A stretch of 64,000 nucleotides of DNA from Phoronis australis (lineage: Eukaryota; Animalia; Phoronida). The stretch covers positions 434,489-498,488 of the forward strand of contig NMRA01000164.1 in the NCBI GenBank assembly GCA_002633005.1, read 5' to 3'. A model generated the notes under the pieces. The model had not been told where the DNA came from. It worked only from the letters and a program-made list of their open reading frames with translations, and made no database searches. A program made the position numbers and the translations under genes. Of this stretch, positions 51,396 to 64,000 are shown piece after piece (position 1 is the stretch's first letter; the number at the start of each line of letters is the position of its first letter).

Positions 51396-53101
51396 CTACA
51401 GCTTGTGGGGAGTGATTTTACCATGGTGTTTTTCTACTGGTCATAAGACCCATCCTCAATTGTCAGTGTATATAGGACCTACAAACATGTTAGATGGATA
51501 CCTATTTATATATTGCTGATGTATAGAATTGTCGATGAATGTATAAAAAATTATTTTTGCAAACATCTCTTCAAATTAGATGGATTTTAGTGTTGTGTTG
51601 TTATGAATTTGTGAGAACATCAGAATCGCTCGTTGTTGCATATGTTATTTTATCGTGGAAATAGAGAAAATGAAATTGTCCCATGATTTATCATTATTCT
51701 CGTGCTGGGGTCATTCCTTTGCAATTAAATACGATAAAATTTCAGGAATTTCTGACAAAGATACTTGCCAAAATTGTTTTTTCATTTTGCAAAGGTTTCT
51801 CAAATCGTTGTTTGAGGATTATTATGGCATTTCTAGAGAAAATTCAGGTTGTTATCCGCCATATTATGTTCTGAATTAGCGAGATTTTACTGCACATAGG
51901 CACAGAATGAGGGGAATCCATGCTGACTGCACCTCCGCATGATGCCGAAGACATCAGGCATCACCCATTGGCTCATGTGATTGTAATTATAGTTAATTAG
52001 CTGTGTAACACAGTTGGCCTGGATTCCGAGAATGACCCTTGATGCGTATTGTGTAAGAGCTGTTAACTGTTGTGATTAGTGCATGACACGAAATCTGTCT
52101 CTGATTAGTTTCAATGGTAAATGAAATATTCAAATGTTTGTAATAGCAGAAGCGAGCTTCATTTGTGTTGCTTTTATCCGATCGTCAATTGTGGAAACGA
52201 CTGTTCATTATTTGTGATAAATTAATACACTTTCTGTTCTGCTTGCTACTTTTTTTCGTGGCAATTACTCATTTGAAACTGGGCCAGTAGAACTTAATCA
52301 TATGTATTAAAACTCCCTCTACCCTTTGTGTGCATCGCTCATGATTCAGAATCAAGGTTAAAGGTCAAGGACACGCTTAAAACCGGTATTAACCAGCATT
52401 CTATCTTTTGATTTAAACCACTTACAGCTATAAAACTAGACTCAATTTGTTCTCTTCTCAAATGTAAAGTGGTTTCTGGGCTTGAAAAAATGAAGCTTTT
52501 GAAAGTTGGGAAAAAACATGAGAACAGTAAGTGGTCTAAATCAAATAGTTTTGACAAAAGGCACGTTTCAAGCAGCTTTGTGTTTGGCCATTCAAGTGCA
52601 TTTGTAAATAATGAGACTCCAAAATAACGAGTCTTAAGTCCAATGCCATTGTGTGGGATAACTTTTTTTTTGAAATTTTACTGTAATATTCAATGTAAAA
52701 GTATGGTGAAAACCAATTGATATCAGTTCAACATTTTCAACCCACCAGATCCCAAGCCATTGAATATTTTTATTTCAAATTTACTGGGCAACGTATCCAT
52801 CTTTTTCACGTTTTTCTTTGAGCACTTGACAATTGTAGGGATCTCTCAAAGACACTATATGTCACAACAACGGGCAAACTGAGAACAGATACATTAGACT
52901 GGAGTAGTAACATCCTGTGTCGCATTACAATATTGTGGGTTCACCATCTTACAAATAAATTGTTTCAGACAATATATTTGTTTTTGTGATATACAAATCT
53001 TCATATGGCGAAATGACAAAGCTAATCGTGTTCGAATACTTAAAACATTACATTGAATTTACACAGTCTGAATTCAACAAATCGTCCCTTGAAACCTGTT
53101 G

Positions 53102-56100
53102 CTACCATGAACTGAAGTTTCCAAAGGCACCAGTGGACTTGCTCTTTTTCTTCAACGGTGCGTCGGGTACTTCTTCGTTCGTGTCTCGTTTCCTGAGAAA
53201 AAAAAGGTACACGATGCAACAATAATGACTAGTATAACTAGTCAGTAAAAGGTTCAGTAATAATGGCTGCTAGTGAAGGTTTTTACCCACTCCAGTGTCA
53301 TTCCTGAACTAACAGTGGGTTACCTAAAAATGTTGATATTGTTCACGAACTACAGGAAAACGTAGATTTTATGTTTTAACGTTACGACTTCTATTTATTA
53401 TGACGTGATGGACAAATTAGTCTGGTGATGACCTTTCATAATTTCATGTTAACTCTTGTTACATATGCTACAACTTAGTACCAAGTGTTCACCAGAGGCT
53501 GCGCTTTTGAATCATTTGGTGTGATTAAGCAAAAGACACATATCCAGCTAATGAACTGTGCTGCGTCGCATTGAATCCACAACGCACTTTGTAGCATTTA
53601 CATTAAGATATGTTTCTGAAACCACTTACAGCGCACTGGCATTAATGTATTTTCCCACACCAGCTTTGAACACTGTCGGCTTTTCATCAGTTTTCGGCTT
53701 CACCAGTCGTTGAGACTGCGCTAGTTTTTCGTCTTCTTCCTTTTTGGCAGCTTCTGCTCGTTCTTTGGCTAGCTGTAAACAAATGGTGACTAAGCAATTA
53801 TGTCTTGAGTATTTTTCTGAATAGTAAACAAGTTTGATGGAGGCATCTTGCACATGAAGCAATCTAAATTCAGGATTTAATGACAGTAAGAAAATATGAT
53901 GGCCTGTATGTACACACTAAAGCAAATTCATCAAGATGATCTGAGACATTCTTGGTAAAATTCATTCGATAAATATGAAACGCAGCGCAGTGATGTATTG
54001 CATTACCTGTTCCTGTGCCTCTTCATATGGGTCAGAAAAAATGACGGCATTCTCAAGTACTATATCTTCCTGTAATGAAAATCTTATACTGTGAAATCCT
54101 CTCCATTACATCCTAAGCAACACTTTGGAAAAAGAATTGAGGAAAGTGCATCAATGAAAATACCCCCGTTAAAGCCGCTATGAACCAAGTTCTGGTGTTA
54201 AGGAGTGACAATCTAATCCTATACCATAATTCATGCCACTATTTTGGGACATTAGTTTCACTATTTCAACAAAAATTATCAATATAGCGTTAAGCCAATT
54301 TTTAAAAATACCCTAGCAAAAACAATTCGAGTTGATTTTGTCCAAACATCTCAAAAACAATTCAGTGAAATTTTTAAATACGTTTAAATCAAGTTGAAAC
54401 CATTCACTCTGAAAAAATCATCAAATAAACTAAAAAAATTTTTAAGCACACCTCACTAAAAATAAACTCACAAGAGGGCAGTCATTTTTGTCACACTTCA
54501 CAGCCTCCATCTTGTCTAGTGTGTCCAGTCCACCGACGACCCTGCCAAAAACCGAGTGCTTACTGTCAAGATGTCGGCATGAACGGAACGTGATGAAACT
54601 GAAATAACAAAAAACAGGCAATGTTAGCAACACTCTTTAAGAGTTTAGGGCAAAATATTTCGCATACTAAATAACAATGTGGTCATGTGTCAAAACATTT
54701 GATGTAAATACGTTAACTAGATGTCTTTTATGGGCTGATAGCCTCAGTAGGTGTACAATGAATCATTTTCATGACCACACTTTGCACATGTATTTTTAAA
54801 GGAGCAGGCAAATCAGCAGAGTTATAAGAACGTAAAAACGAGAGAACGCAGCTCATTTGGATTGGCTGACATTTTTGGACCGTGAGAAATTTATCTTTAC
54901 TAATTTAATTTTTATACAAAATTTTCAAAATGCTTTTAATAGTAAGTAGAATATGCCAAAGTGATAAAAACAGCCTTTGAAAACGGTAATGTTCCCTCGA
55001 TAGCATATAGAATACCATGGCAACGGATAAAGCATGAAGGGAGACATTTTCATAGCAATCAAACCACAACAGGTACACTACACAGAATGCAGAAGGCATG
55101 AACAATTTAATTGAGTATTACGCAAGGTACTGGGGAATACTAAATAATAGTTTTGACAGAAGGGTGTACATGGAAATTTAGAGTAACCACTTATTTAGCG
55201 TGGGCTTGAAAGATTAGCCTATTTGCAGGGAGCTTCCGTAAAAAAGTCGTCATTTCGTAGGGTCTGTTCCAAAAACCCCATGGTTTGGTAACATTACTTC
55301 TATAACTCTAACCATTGAGTAAGGATTCTTGGACAGAACCTTTAATTCATTAAGTCTAATGTAGTACAAGACGGGAGGCTACATTGTCTAAAGAGTGTAC
55401 ATCTTTTGCAAAGAAGTTTTAAAATGGAGATAATGTTGAAAAACCTGTAAATTTGTGTACTTGGAAAAGGGGAATGACTTGTAGAGTTTCAAATTACGCT
55501 TTGTACGAAACTTTGAAAAGGTATCCTCTCCTAGGTAATTTTGTCAAAAAAGGCACCTTTTCATTAGGAAACTGGTTATGAAAGTCACTCTAATGGGGGG
55601 CACATTCCAAACGCATTGGTAATTCATACTCAAATGTTCTACCAAACAGTAATCTCCCCACATGAATAATGACTGTACTGACCAATCAGTCATGACTTAC
55701 AACTGTGACTTGTTTGTATCAGGCCCAGAGTTGGCCATGCTCAGTATCCCCCTCCCACTGTGTGTAAGGTTGGGCTTGAACTCATCCTTAAAAGGTGTGC
55801 CCCAGATAGATTCACCTCCTAGAAACATAAAAGGGCTCTCGTTCAAATAACATCAATACAGGTCAAAATCATACACGGTACAGTATTTGCTCATGAGCAG
55901 TACTTTTTTGAACCTTGACAACAGACACACACATGATAATTAAAAGTTACATTTTGATGAAAACTATTAATCTTTATCAGGTGTATAGAGTCACTCCATG
56001 GACATACAGTTATTTAAAACTTCATTGAGAGCTGTTGAGCTGTATGAAAAAACAAAATCAAAGCTTAGACACTTATCCCTGCAAAATCAATCTCCAAATT

Positions 56101-59100
56101 TTTGTTACCATAGTAGAATGTTGCTAGGAAGAATATCCACAGCATTTACGGTTAAAAACACCACAGAGATTTATAGGGCTGGCAAGTCTTCTCAAAAATT
56201 GGCTGCTGTATTTCACATGCAAGTTATCTCTCAATTTCAAATGAATGTTTAAACCAACGCCAACATGTGAGGAAATTTTATGAACAGTTTAGTAAAGCAG
56301 CGTATTTCCTGATGACCGAAGGTAATAGTCGCTTTACCTAAATAACACAGTCCAGCTTTACAGGTCATATTTTCTTTATTTCACTTTAAGGCTTTAAGCA
56401 ATAAAAGGTGAGTAAGATAAGTGTGATAGTTGCTGACAGGTGGCAAACCCTCAATTCTAACAGACCCACATGCCACCTTGTTTTGGTGAGGCTGAACTTC
56501 CTAAGAGCAGAAGAGCAGAATTCAATGAAACAGAAGAGCAGCATACAATGTCAAAAGAAGAGCTACAAACAATGCCAACAGAAGAGCAGCACACCATGTC
56601 AACAGAAGAGCAGCATACAATGTCAAAAGAAGAGCTACAAACAATGCAAACAGAAGAGCAGCATANCAGAAGAGCAGCATACGATGCCAACAGAAGAGCG
56701 GCATACTATGCCAACAGAAGAGCAGCACACAATGTCAACAGAAGAGCAGCATACAATGCCAACAGAAGAGCAGCATACTATGCCAACAGAAGAGCAGCAC
56801 ACAATGCCAACAAAAGAGCAGCATACAATGCCAACAGCTGATTACCTTTTCCTGTGCCTTCAGGATCCCCTCCTTGTATCTGCAAAAAACACAAAGTATC
56901 AGTGAATGAAATCTGGAATTTTTAAAAAGAAAATTTATAAAAAAATACAAAACTGATCAAAACACAATGACGATAAATGTAAATAAAACACATAATTACA
57001 GAAACTATATACTAGCTAATAAAGGAGGTTGAAAGAATAATGAGATAAAATGAGCAAGGATAGTAATTAACATACATGATTAGACAAAATGGAATAGTAC
57101 AATTATGGTACATGATCATTGAGCAGCTCAAGTACGACATTAATTTGAGACGAACCCTTTGAGACCGCTAGTGTAAGATCTAAACCAACTTTTGAGCGTC
57201 AAGAAAGTCTTGCTTATATTTGTTAAGCTGAAAATTTTCTAGGGTGCTTAACATCTAGTCATATTCTGAATTTCTAGTAACACAGCTACATAAAGTCTTC
57301 TATGTCATTAGAAACAATGCCTGCTCATGGCACCATATACTTTGTCAATGTGTTAAGTGATTGCAGTACTGTAGTGCCCATTGGATTAAAATACCTCTTT
57401 GAAGTGTGATGGACAATTTGGCTTATGAGTCCTAATGTCGGTGGAAACGCTACCAACTGACAAGGCTGATATCTGAATTTGGAAACCATTGGATCTGAGA
57501 CTCAATGAGAAACATTGCTGATGTTATCAACTGGTGTGACTTTCAATACAAGTAACAACCTCTCAGTGACATAATTAGAGACAAACTAAAATGAACAGGA
57601 TTCCTGAAATTACTTCAATACATATAGTCAGTTTATTACATGTTACGTCCTGCAAANTTTTCCAGCCTACTCTCAACCAATAATGATGTGACAGTTCATT
57701 ATTAGCCCAGATGTCATCTCTAATTTGAGTAAGGAACAATTTTGAGACCAATTTCTTAACTTCTAGTCTTCCAAAGCAAAAGTTATTTTTTGACGGAAGG
57801 TCGATTAATAGCTGCTTTATTTATGAGAAAAATGAATTACTAAGTCACTATGTTGGCAATGCCAACAGAAGAGCAGCATACAATGCCAACAGAAGAGCAG
57901 CATACAATGCCAACAAAAGAGCAGCATACATTACCTTTTCCTGTGCCTTCAGGATCCCCTCCTTGTATCTGCAAAAAACACAAAGTATCAGTGAATGAAA
58001 TCTGGAATTTTTAAAAAGAAAATTTATAAAAAATACAAAACTGATCAAAACACAATGACGATAAATATAAATAAAACACATAATTACAGAAACTATATAG
58101 CTAATAAAGGAGGTTGAAAGAATAATGAGATAAAATGAGCAAAGATAGTAATTAACATACATGATTAGATAAAATGGAATAGTACAATTATGGTACATGA
58201 TCATTGAGCAGCTCAAGTATGACATTAATTTGAGACGAACCCTTTGAGACCGCTAGTGTAAGATCTAAACCAACTTTTGAGCGTCAAGAAAGTCTTGCTT
58301 ATATTTGTTAAGCTGAAAATTTTCTAGGGTGCTTAACATCTAGTCATATTCTGAATTTCTAGTAACACAGCTACATAAAGTCTTCTATGTCATTAGAAAC
58401 AATGCCTGCTCATGGCACCATATACTTTGTCAATGTGTTAAGTGATTGCAGTACTGTAGTGCCCATTGGATTAAAATACCTCTTTGAAGTGTGATGGACA
58501 ATTTGGCTTATGAGTCCTAATGTCGGTGGAAACGCTACCAACTGACAAGGCTGATATCTGAATTTGGAAACCATTGGATCTGAGACTCAATGAGAAACAT
58601 TGCTGATGTTATCAACTGGTGTGACTTTCAATACAAGTAACAACCTCTCAGTGACATAATTAGAGACAAACTAAAATGAACAGGATTCCTGAAATTACTT
58701 CAATACATATAGTCAGTTTATTACATGTTACGTCCTGCAAACTGGCCTCTGTACTACAGAACAGAGTATGTCTGCTCTATAGTACAGAGGTCATTGTAGT
58801 GATGAACGAAGCATATCTATACCTATGTTACCTGAATTTATGTTTTATCTTAAATCATCATCATGTCTCTCGGGACACTACGTCCTCAGTGTGACCCAGT
58901 GACAAGAGGTATATTCAGAGAGTTTGAGAAAAATGGACCAAAAATTATAAATAACTATTGTCATGTCATCTTTTAACGAGACTTGCATTAGTTAGGACAT
59001 CCTGCCGAATTATACTAAATACAAACTTACCATGAAATTTCTAATAGACCTGTGAAACTTGGTGCCATTGTAGTATTTTTTCTGGCACAACTTGATAAAG

Positions 59101-62100
59101 TTCTCGCACGTCCTCGGGACCATATCACAGTGCAGTTCCACATTTAATTGTCCTTTAGTAGTGATAAGTCGTACATATCCTTTTTTCTTCACTCTCTCGT
59201 ACAATAACACCGACTCGTCAATTATGGCTAAAACAAACCCAATACATTATGCTTCACTGCATTGACAAAAAACCTGGGACCTGTTTCTTCAAAGGCCATA
59301 AATGGGGTTGTAGATAAGTATATCATAGACTTGATTTTGGAAATACGATGCTGGGTTTATTTTCCGAACAAAACATTGGAACTGACGTTAGGTGGATTAT
59401 TTTTCATGACTGAATGACTGCCTTCAAGATTCACTCTAATGAACAGGGAGCAAATTCAAAACAAAGCCCTGATGTAGGGTACACACTAGCTAGAAACCTA
59501 GGCAGTATGGAGTCAACATTTACACTAATCCCATTTCGTATGTGATGTAAAATTTATGATAGGATACAAAATGTCAAAAAACGTGTATAAAGGTGCTCTC
59601 AATTTTTACATTGAGCAAACCATCCACTGACATTAGGAATATTCATACAAAAAACATACTGAATTGATCCAAAAAAATCATGCAACTAAGTTTTCCACAA
59701 GACTGAAACAAAATATCACCATTTTAGTGTTTACAAACAATAACAACTCGAGTATATTTAATCTATCAAAACCAAGCAGCCGGGCATTAACTAGTGGACA
59801 TCAGGAAGACTAAAATCGCAAAAAAACACTTTTCAAATTTGAACACTACATATTGGTACTATTTGTCTAGACAAGCACCTACCTGCCTCTTGATAGTTGG
59901 CTCTGTCTACTGCTGTTGAGGTGAAGGAGGCAGCTACCTTGCCTGTAGAGTAGTGTGCCTGCAAGTAAACATTGGACAGGCTACCCAAATAACACGACTC
60001 ATGCATCCGTTAACTGAGTTCACTAACTCATGACTGCCGACGCATTCATGAACACATCTCTGCACGCGCAAAACATGGCTCACACATGCAAAAAGTACTG
60101 CTCCAGCACCAGTGCAATCACAGCTCACAGGCTCTTCATTGAATCATGCACATGATTCTTAGCCAGGTGAATCAGTGAGTCATGTATTTAGGTGTGTAAG
60201 CCATGTTTGTAAGTTAATGAGCTGAGTTTACAGGTCTGCGAGTCAGGAGTGTTAGCAGTGTTGTTCGGGTAGCCTGGGGGAGAAATGAACAGCAGACCAC
60301 ATTTTTGTCATGGCCACAGCATTTTGATTATTACACTGCATAACACTTCTTTAAGGTGCGATTAACAAAACATTAAAAATGGTGATACCAAAATAAGATT
60401 AATCATAAAAATGGCGAGATTAAAATAAGACTTAATCATTAAAAAATAGCAAATGGTAACAACAATACTAAAAAACACCAACAAACTAAAAAAAATGTAA
60501 ACTTGCTTTAAAATGCTACAAATTTGGAAAGTTTCACAGTCTGTTTGATAGATTATTTCAGAGTCTAGCAGTACCACTAAAACAAACAATATGTACTCAC
60601 AGCATTAAATTTGTCAGCTTTTGCAGCCAGGTCAGAAGACTTTTCCTGCAATAAATTGGAACAGTTGAGTATTACTTTGGTTTTGGTTGATGTATATTTT
60701 TTCAGTTGTTTTATATATTCAATCTTGTTATGATCGTTCAGATTAAGCGGTAAATACTTTTTTGTGCAATGGCATTTTTTTTGGAACAGGAGGCTAATAT
60801 TCACTATGTGAAAAAAGGGCCATCTTTTTATTATTTGAATATAAGGAAACCAGAAAGTTGTTCACAAGCACAGGGAATAAGGATGCCAAGTGACTGCAGG
60901 TGTAACTACTGTCTGACAACTATTACTCAGTAAACAACAAGGTTCTCATTACCAACTACTTAATTTTGAAGCACGAAACGAGTTAGGTATCTTCCAACAA
61001 ACACTCAAACATGATCTATTTGAATCAAATATTAACAAAGTTTGTGACTTGAAGCAAATAAATATATAAATTCAAATCATTTCAAGTATGACCAACAGTT
61101 ACTTTCACAGAATAAAATAACTTGGTCAACCAACGGACGCTAATGTGTCCGCCTGGCTAAGTACGACAAACAATTACTATTTCAGACTTCAGATCTATTC
61201 TGACAGTAATCGCATTTGAAGGGTTTGTATATTCTCTAGAACGAGACACATGGTGCCTTTTAAGACAATGATTGAGGAATTTTACTATTATATTGCTGCA
61301 GTCTTACTGGTGCTTGATAGGAGCTCTCTAGTTCTTTTAAGATGTCCTTTGTTTCAGCATTCACAGACTTCAATCTATAGAGAGGGTCTTTTTTGGCTTT
61401 CTCTTCCTCTGAAAATATCACAATCTATATAAAGCTGGCAATTACCTTCAAAAGTTAATTTTCAAGCCTTAGGGCATACCTTCGTTTTAAGCATAGCTTT
61501 ACAATTCCTATATTTAAATAGATTTCACGATACAAGTTTTTTGAAATACAACAAATGCCACTATAAACCACATCCAGGTGTCAAGACCGAATTTCTTCAC
61601 GGCCCCATATGCTCCACCAAGGGAAAATCAACGAGTTCTTATTATTTGATTGAATTGAAACTGGTTACACTCAAACGCCTGGTTACTCCCCTCCTAGCCA
61701 CACTGCTTGCTTTGGCAGCTGAAGTTGACTTGCTGTGGCATGCACACTTCACTTACTGACAAAAACAGCAACACCCTGTAAGTTCTTATCAAGTCTAGAA
61801 GTCATTTCTAATCGGAGTGAGGAACAAAATGAGATCAATTTTATATTAGTACGCAACCTTAATCAAACTTTTTTCACAGGCTTTTTGCCCCTTTAACAAA
61901 AAGCTCAGTCTTAAAGCTGTATGATTAGTCAGCAAAATGAATATGACAAAAGCAGCTTGTATCTTTTTTCCATAACATCATTATCAGCTATGAAGTAATT
62001 AGTCATAGTAAAATTAATAAACAAGTATAAAGCCATATAAATCAAGAGCAGTGGCAGTGTATTTCAAGCACATTTACATGACTTAGTTTTATACTGCTGT

Positions 62101-63143
62101 CATACTAAATGACTCCTTTTCAGTATTGGGACATATGTCAAACAAAAACATGCTTACCTTCATCAAGAACTTTGAGGTTGTTTCTGAGATGGTAAAACAT
62201 AGTCAGATTGAATTTGTCCAGGTTTGTGGGATCCTGTTACAGCAAAAAAACATGATTAGGTACAATGGAGAATGCTTTCATGCATTTTAAAAATGCAGGA
62301 AAATACCCAAACCCCATAATTAGCATAAGAGACCATTCACAGTCATCACCATTTTCATGAGTATACAAACCGTATACTTTTACAAAGAGGGGCTAAGGTC
62401 TGTTGCTAGCAAACGATTTTGTCAAAATTCATTGTTTTACTTGTAACTATTTCCAATGTAAAATAAACAAAGAAATGTTAAAAAATAAATGCTTTATTTT
62501 ACCACCTCAATGTACATACAAACCCCAGCAGAGAAGCCCCACAAACAGCCAGTGGGATAAGTGTAAGATTTGTACACCTGTGAGAATGGCAGTTCCTAAT
62601 GAGGTTGATATCTGTGCAAACATAAGTCCTGATTAATCTTAAATATGTGAAATATGCAAAATGCACATGCATCAAAATTCCCCTACTATGTACACTACAT
62701 CTCTTAAACCTATACTTCCTTGCCAAATTCTGCTTAAATGCAAAGCAAGAGATTTGCAAAGCCCATCAAACTTAACCCGCTATTCAAATGAAGCCATTAA
62801 CCTATCTGTTCTGAAGCAAATTTTTTACTCGTAAAGTGCTCCAGATGTTTTTTGTGGCAATGGAAATAATGTTCTACTGTGGTTAGGAAAGTATTGAAAC
62901 TGAATTCTGTTCTGCCTACACTTGGTTTTGGCTTATTAGACAGCCAGACTGGAAGAAACAAAGTTTTGATATTTTTAAATACACCCGTGCAACTATGTAG
63001 GGTCGGAGTGCACAAGTGACCTCAGCTAAAGATAGCCATGAAAGAGAACTCACCTGTATCGTAATGATGTCACTTCTCGTGAAGGGTTCGTCTGTCAACA
63101 GATCTTTCCAGTGTTTGGGTTTAACGTTCAGTTTCTCAACAGC
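53102..63143 (-). CDS. PPIL2: RING/U-box-type E3 ligase cyclophilin PPIL2 (Cyp60), 5' exons beyond right edge
   Basis: In-phase exons 63054-63143, 62158-62233, 61308-61408, 60601-60645, 59883-59958 ([15 protein letters not shown]), 59031-59227 (FHRSIRNFM), 57935-57968 or 56846-56879 (IQGGDP), 55701-55818 (LSMANSG), 54472-54598 ([10 protein letters not shown]), 54007-54069, 53630-53772 (GVGKYI), 53102-53192 (FGNFSSW*). Confidence 0.96.
56505..56837. repeat. 24-bp minisatellite in a PPIL2 intron
   Basis: Unit ATGCCAACAGAAGAGCAGCATACA, about 13-14 copies with an N at 56666. About 3 more copies at 57858-57930. Confidence 0.92.
56842..58741. repeat. About 810-bp near-identical duplication including a PPIL2 exon
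   Basis: 56842-57656 matches 57931-58741 and the first copy ends at the N at 57657. Confidence 0.88.
59977..60276. mobile_element. Old inverted-repeat element in a PPIL2 intron
   Basis: CAGGCTACCCAAATAACAC ... GTGTTGTTCGGGTAGCCTG, plus an inner pair AAACATGGCTCACAC / GTGTAAGCCATGTTT. Confidence 0.6.
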
Positions 63144-64000
63144 CTGTAACCATAGCAACAAACAAAGCTATCGATACATAGACAAAACAATTACTGAACT
63201 TCTACTTAACTAGTGCATGGAAGTAACTATACTGTTTCTAAAGATATTTGGTTTCAAAAATTTCAGCCTGAAGTAGAACAGTTTGATTGATATTTGCCCA
63301 AGACAACGAATAAAACAAATGTGTGTTCTTCTACACAGAATCCTATTACTCCTTTATGAAAGAACTTTTAAATTTATAGAAAGACACTTACATTGATTAT
63401 GTTGAAAAATGTGAACTAATTCAACCAGGACACGTGTGTATCTTGTGGAAGTGTTACCTTCAACCAAATGTTTATGAATTGTGGTTTTGTGAGGGTCAGC
63501 ATCTTTTAGTTCACATAATTACACACAATAATAAAAAACAGCTCATTGTGGATAAAAGGTAGAGCTCAAATTGGGACAAAAATAATTGCCAACTTACTAA
63601 TTTTCAAAAGCTTACTACATTGCTGGGAATCGTCAACATTTTAACACATCCTGTTTAGTGACAGCTGCAGCATACAAATCAGGCTAACAACAACAAAAGA
63701 CTTTTCATGAAATTTGACATAGAATTTTATCTATGCACCAATTTGCGTCTCAAACTGAAGAATTTTTAGTGTATTGCATACCTGTTGATATTTCATTCAT
63801 AAATGTTCTAGAGATCGGACAGTCCCATTTATAAGTACTATCTGTAAAATTATTGTTTCATAAAGCATTCCTTGAATGGATTTTTGGAATTTTAGATATA
63901 TTAGGCTACCCAGATAGTCCCAGCAAGAATGCAGCAACATAAGAAATCATGATTCTATCACTCAAACAGAGGCTCATCAAATGATGCGTTAAGTAGCCTA

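Noticed and set aside
56408-56950. Repeat-protein ORFs (MPTEEQHT)n and other frames
   Set aside because: A stop-free 24-bp minisatellite within a PPIL2 intron, open in several frames on both strands.

Overview
AT-rich, intron-containing animal (probably invertebrate) genomic scaffold; the species cannot be named from sequence alone. Five spliced genes can be built by hand with in-phase GT-AG junctions. They are an unidentified coiled-coil gene (-, runs off the left edge), PSMD7/Rpn8 (+, head-to-head with it, one exon missing near a contig join), RPL14 (-), a class I phosphatidylinositol transfer protein (+) and PPIL2 (-, 5' end beyond the right edge). RPL14 introns 1-3 each carry a U49/SNORD49-like box C/D snoRNA, and intron 4 holds a candidate 34-nt stop-containing exon. 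The window also has an intronless atypical protein kinase ORF, a decayed LINE, several MITE/foldback families, and a Helentron-like element whose ~150-bp subunits each carry a same-orientation CTCF-like motif. Single-N positions (10487, 20856, 32029, 40278, 56666, 57657) look like contig joins. Three of them (20856, 40278, 57657) sit between duplicated sequence that is probably unmerged haplotype overlap. No clearly new system is proven; the best leads are the CTCF-motif arrays, the RPL14 snoRNA/poison-exon architecture and the orphan kinase.
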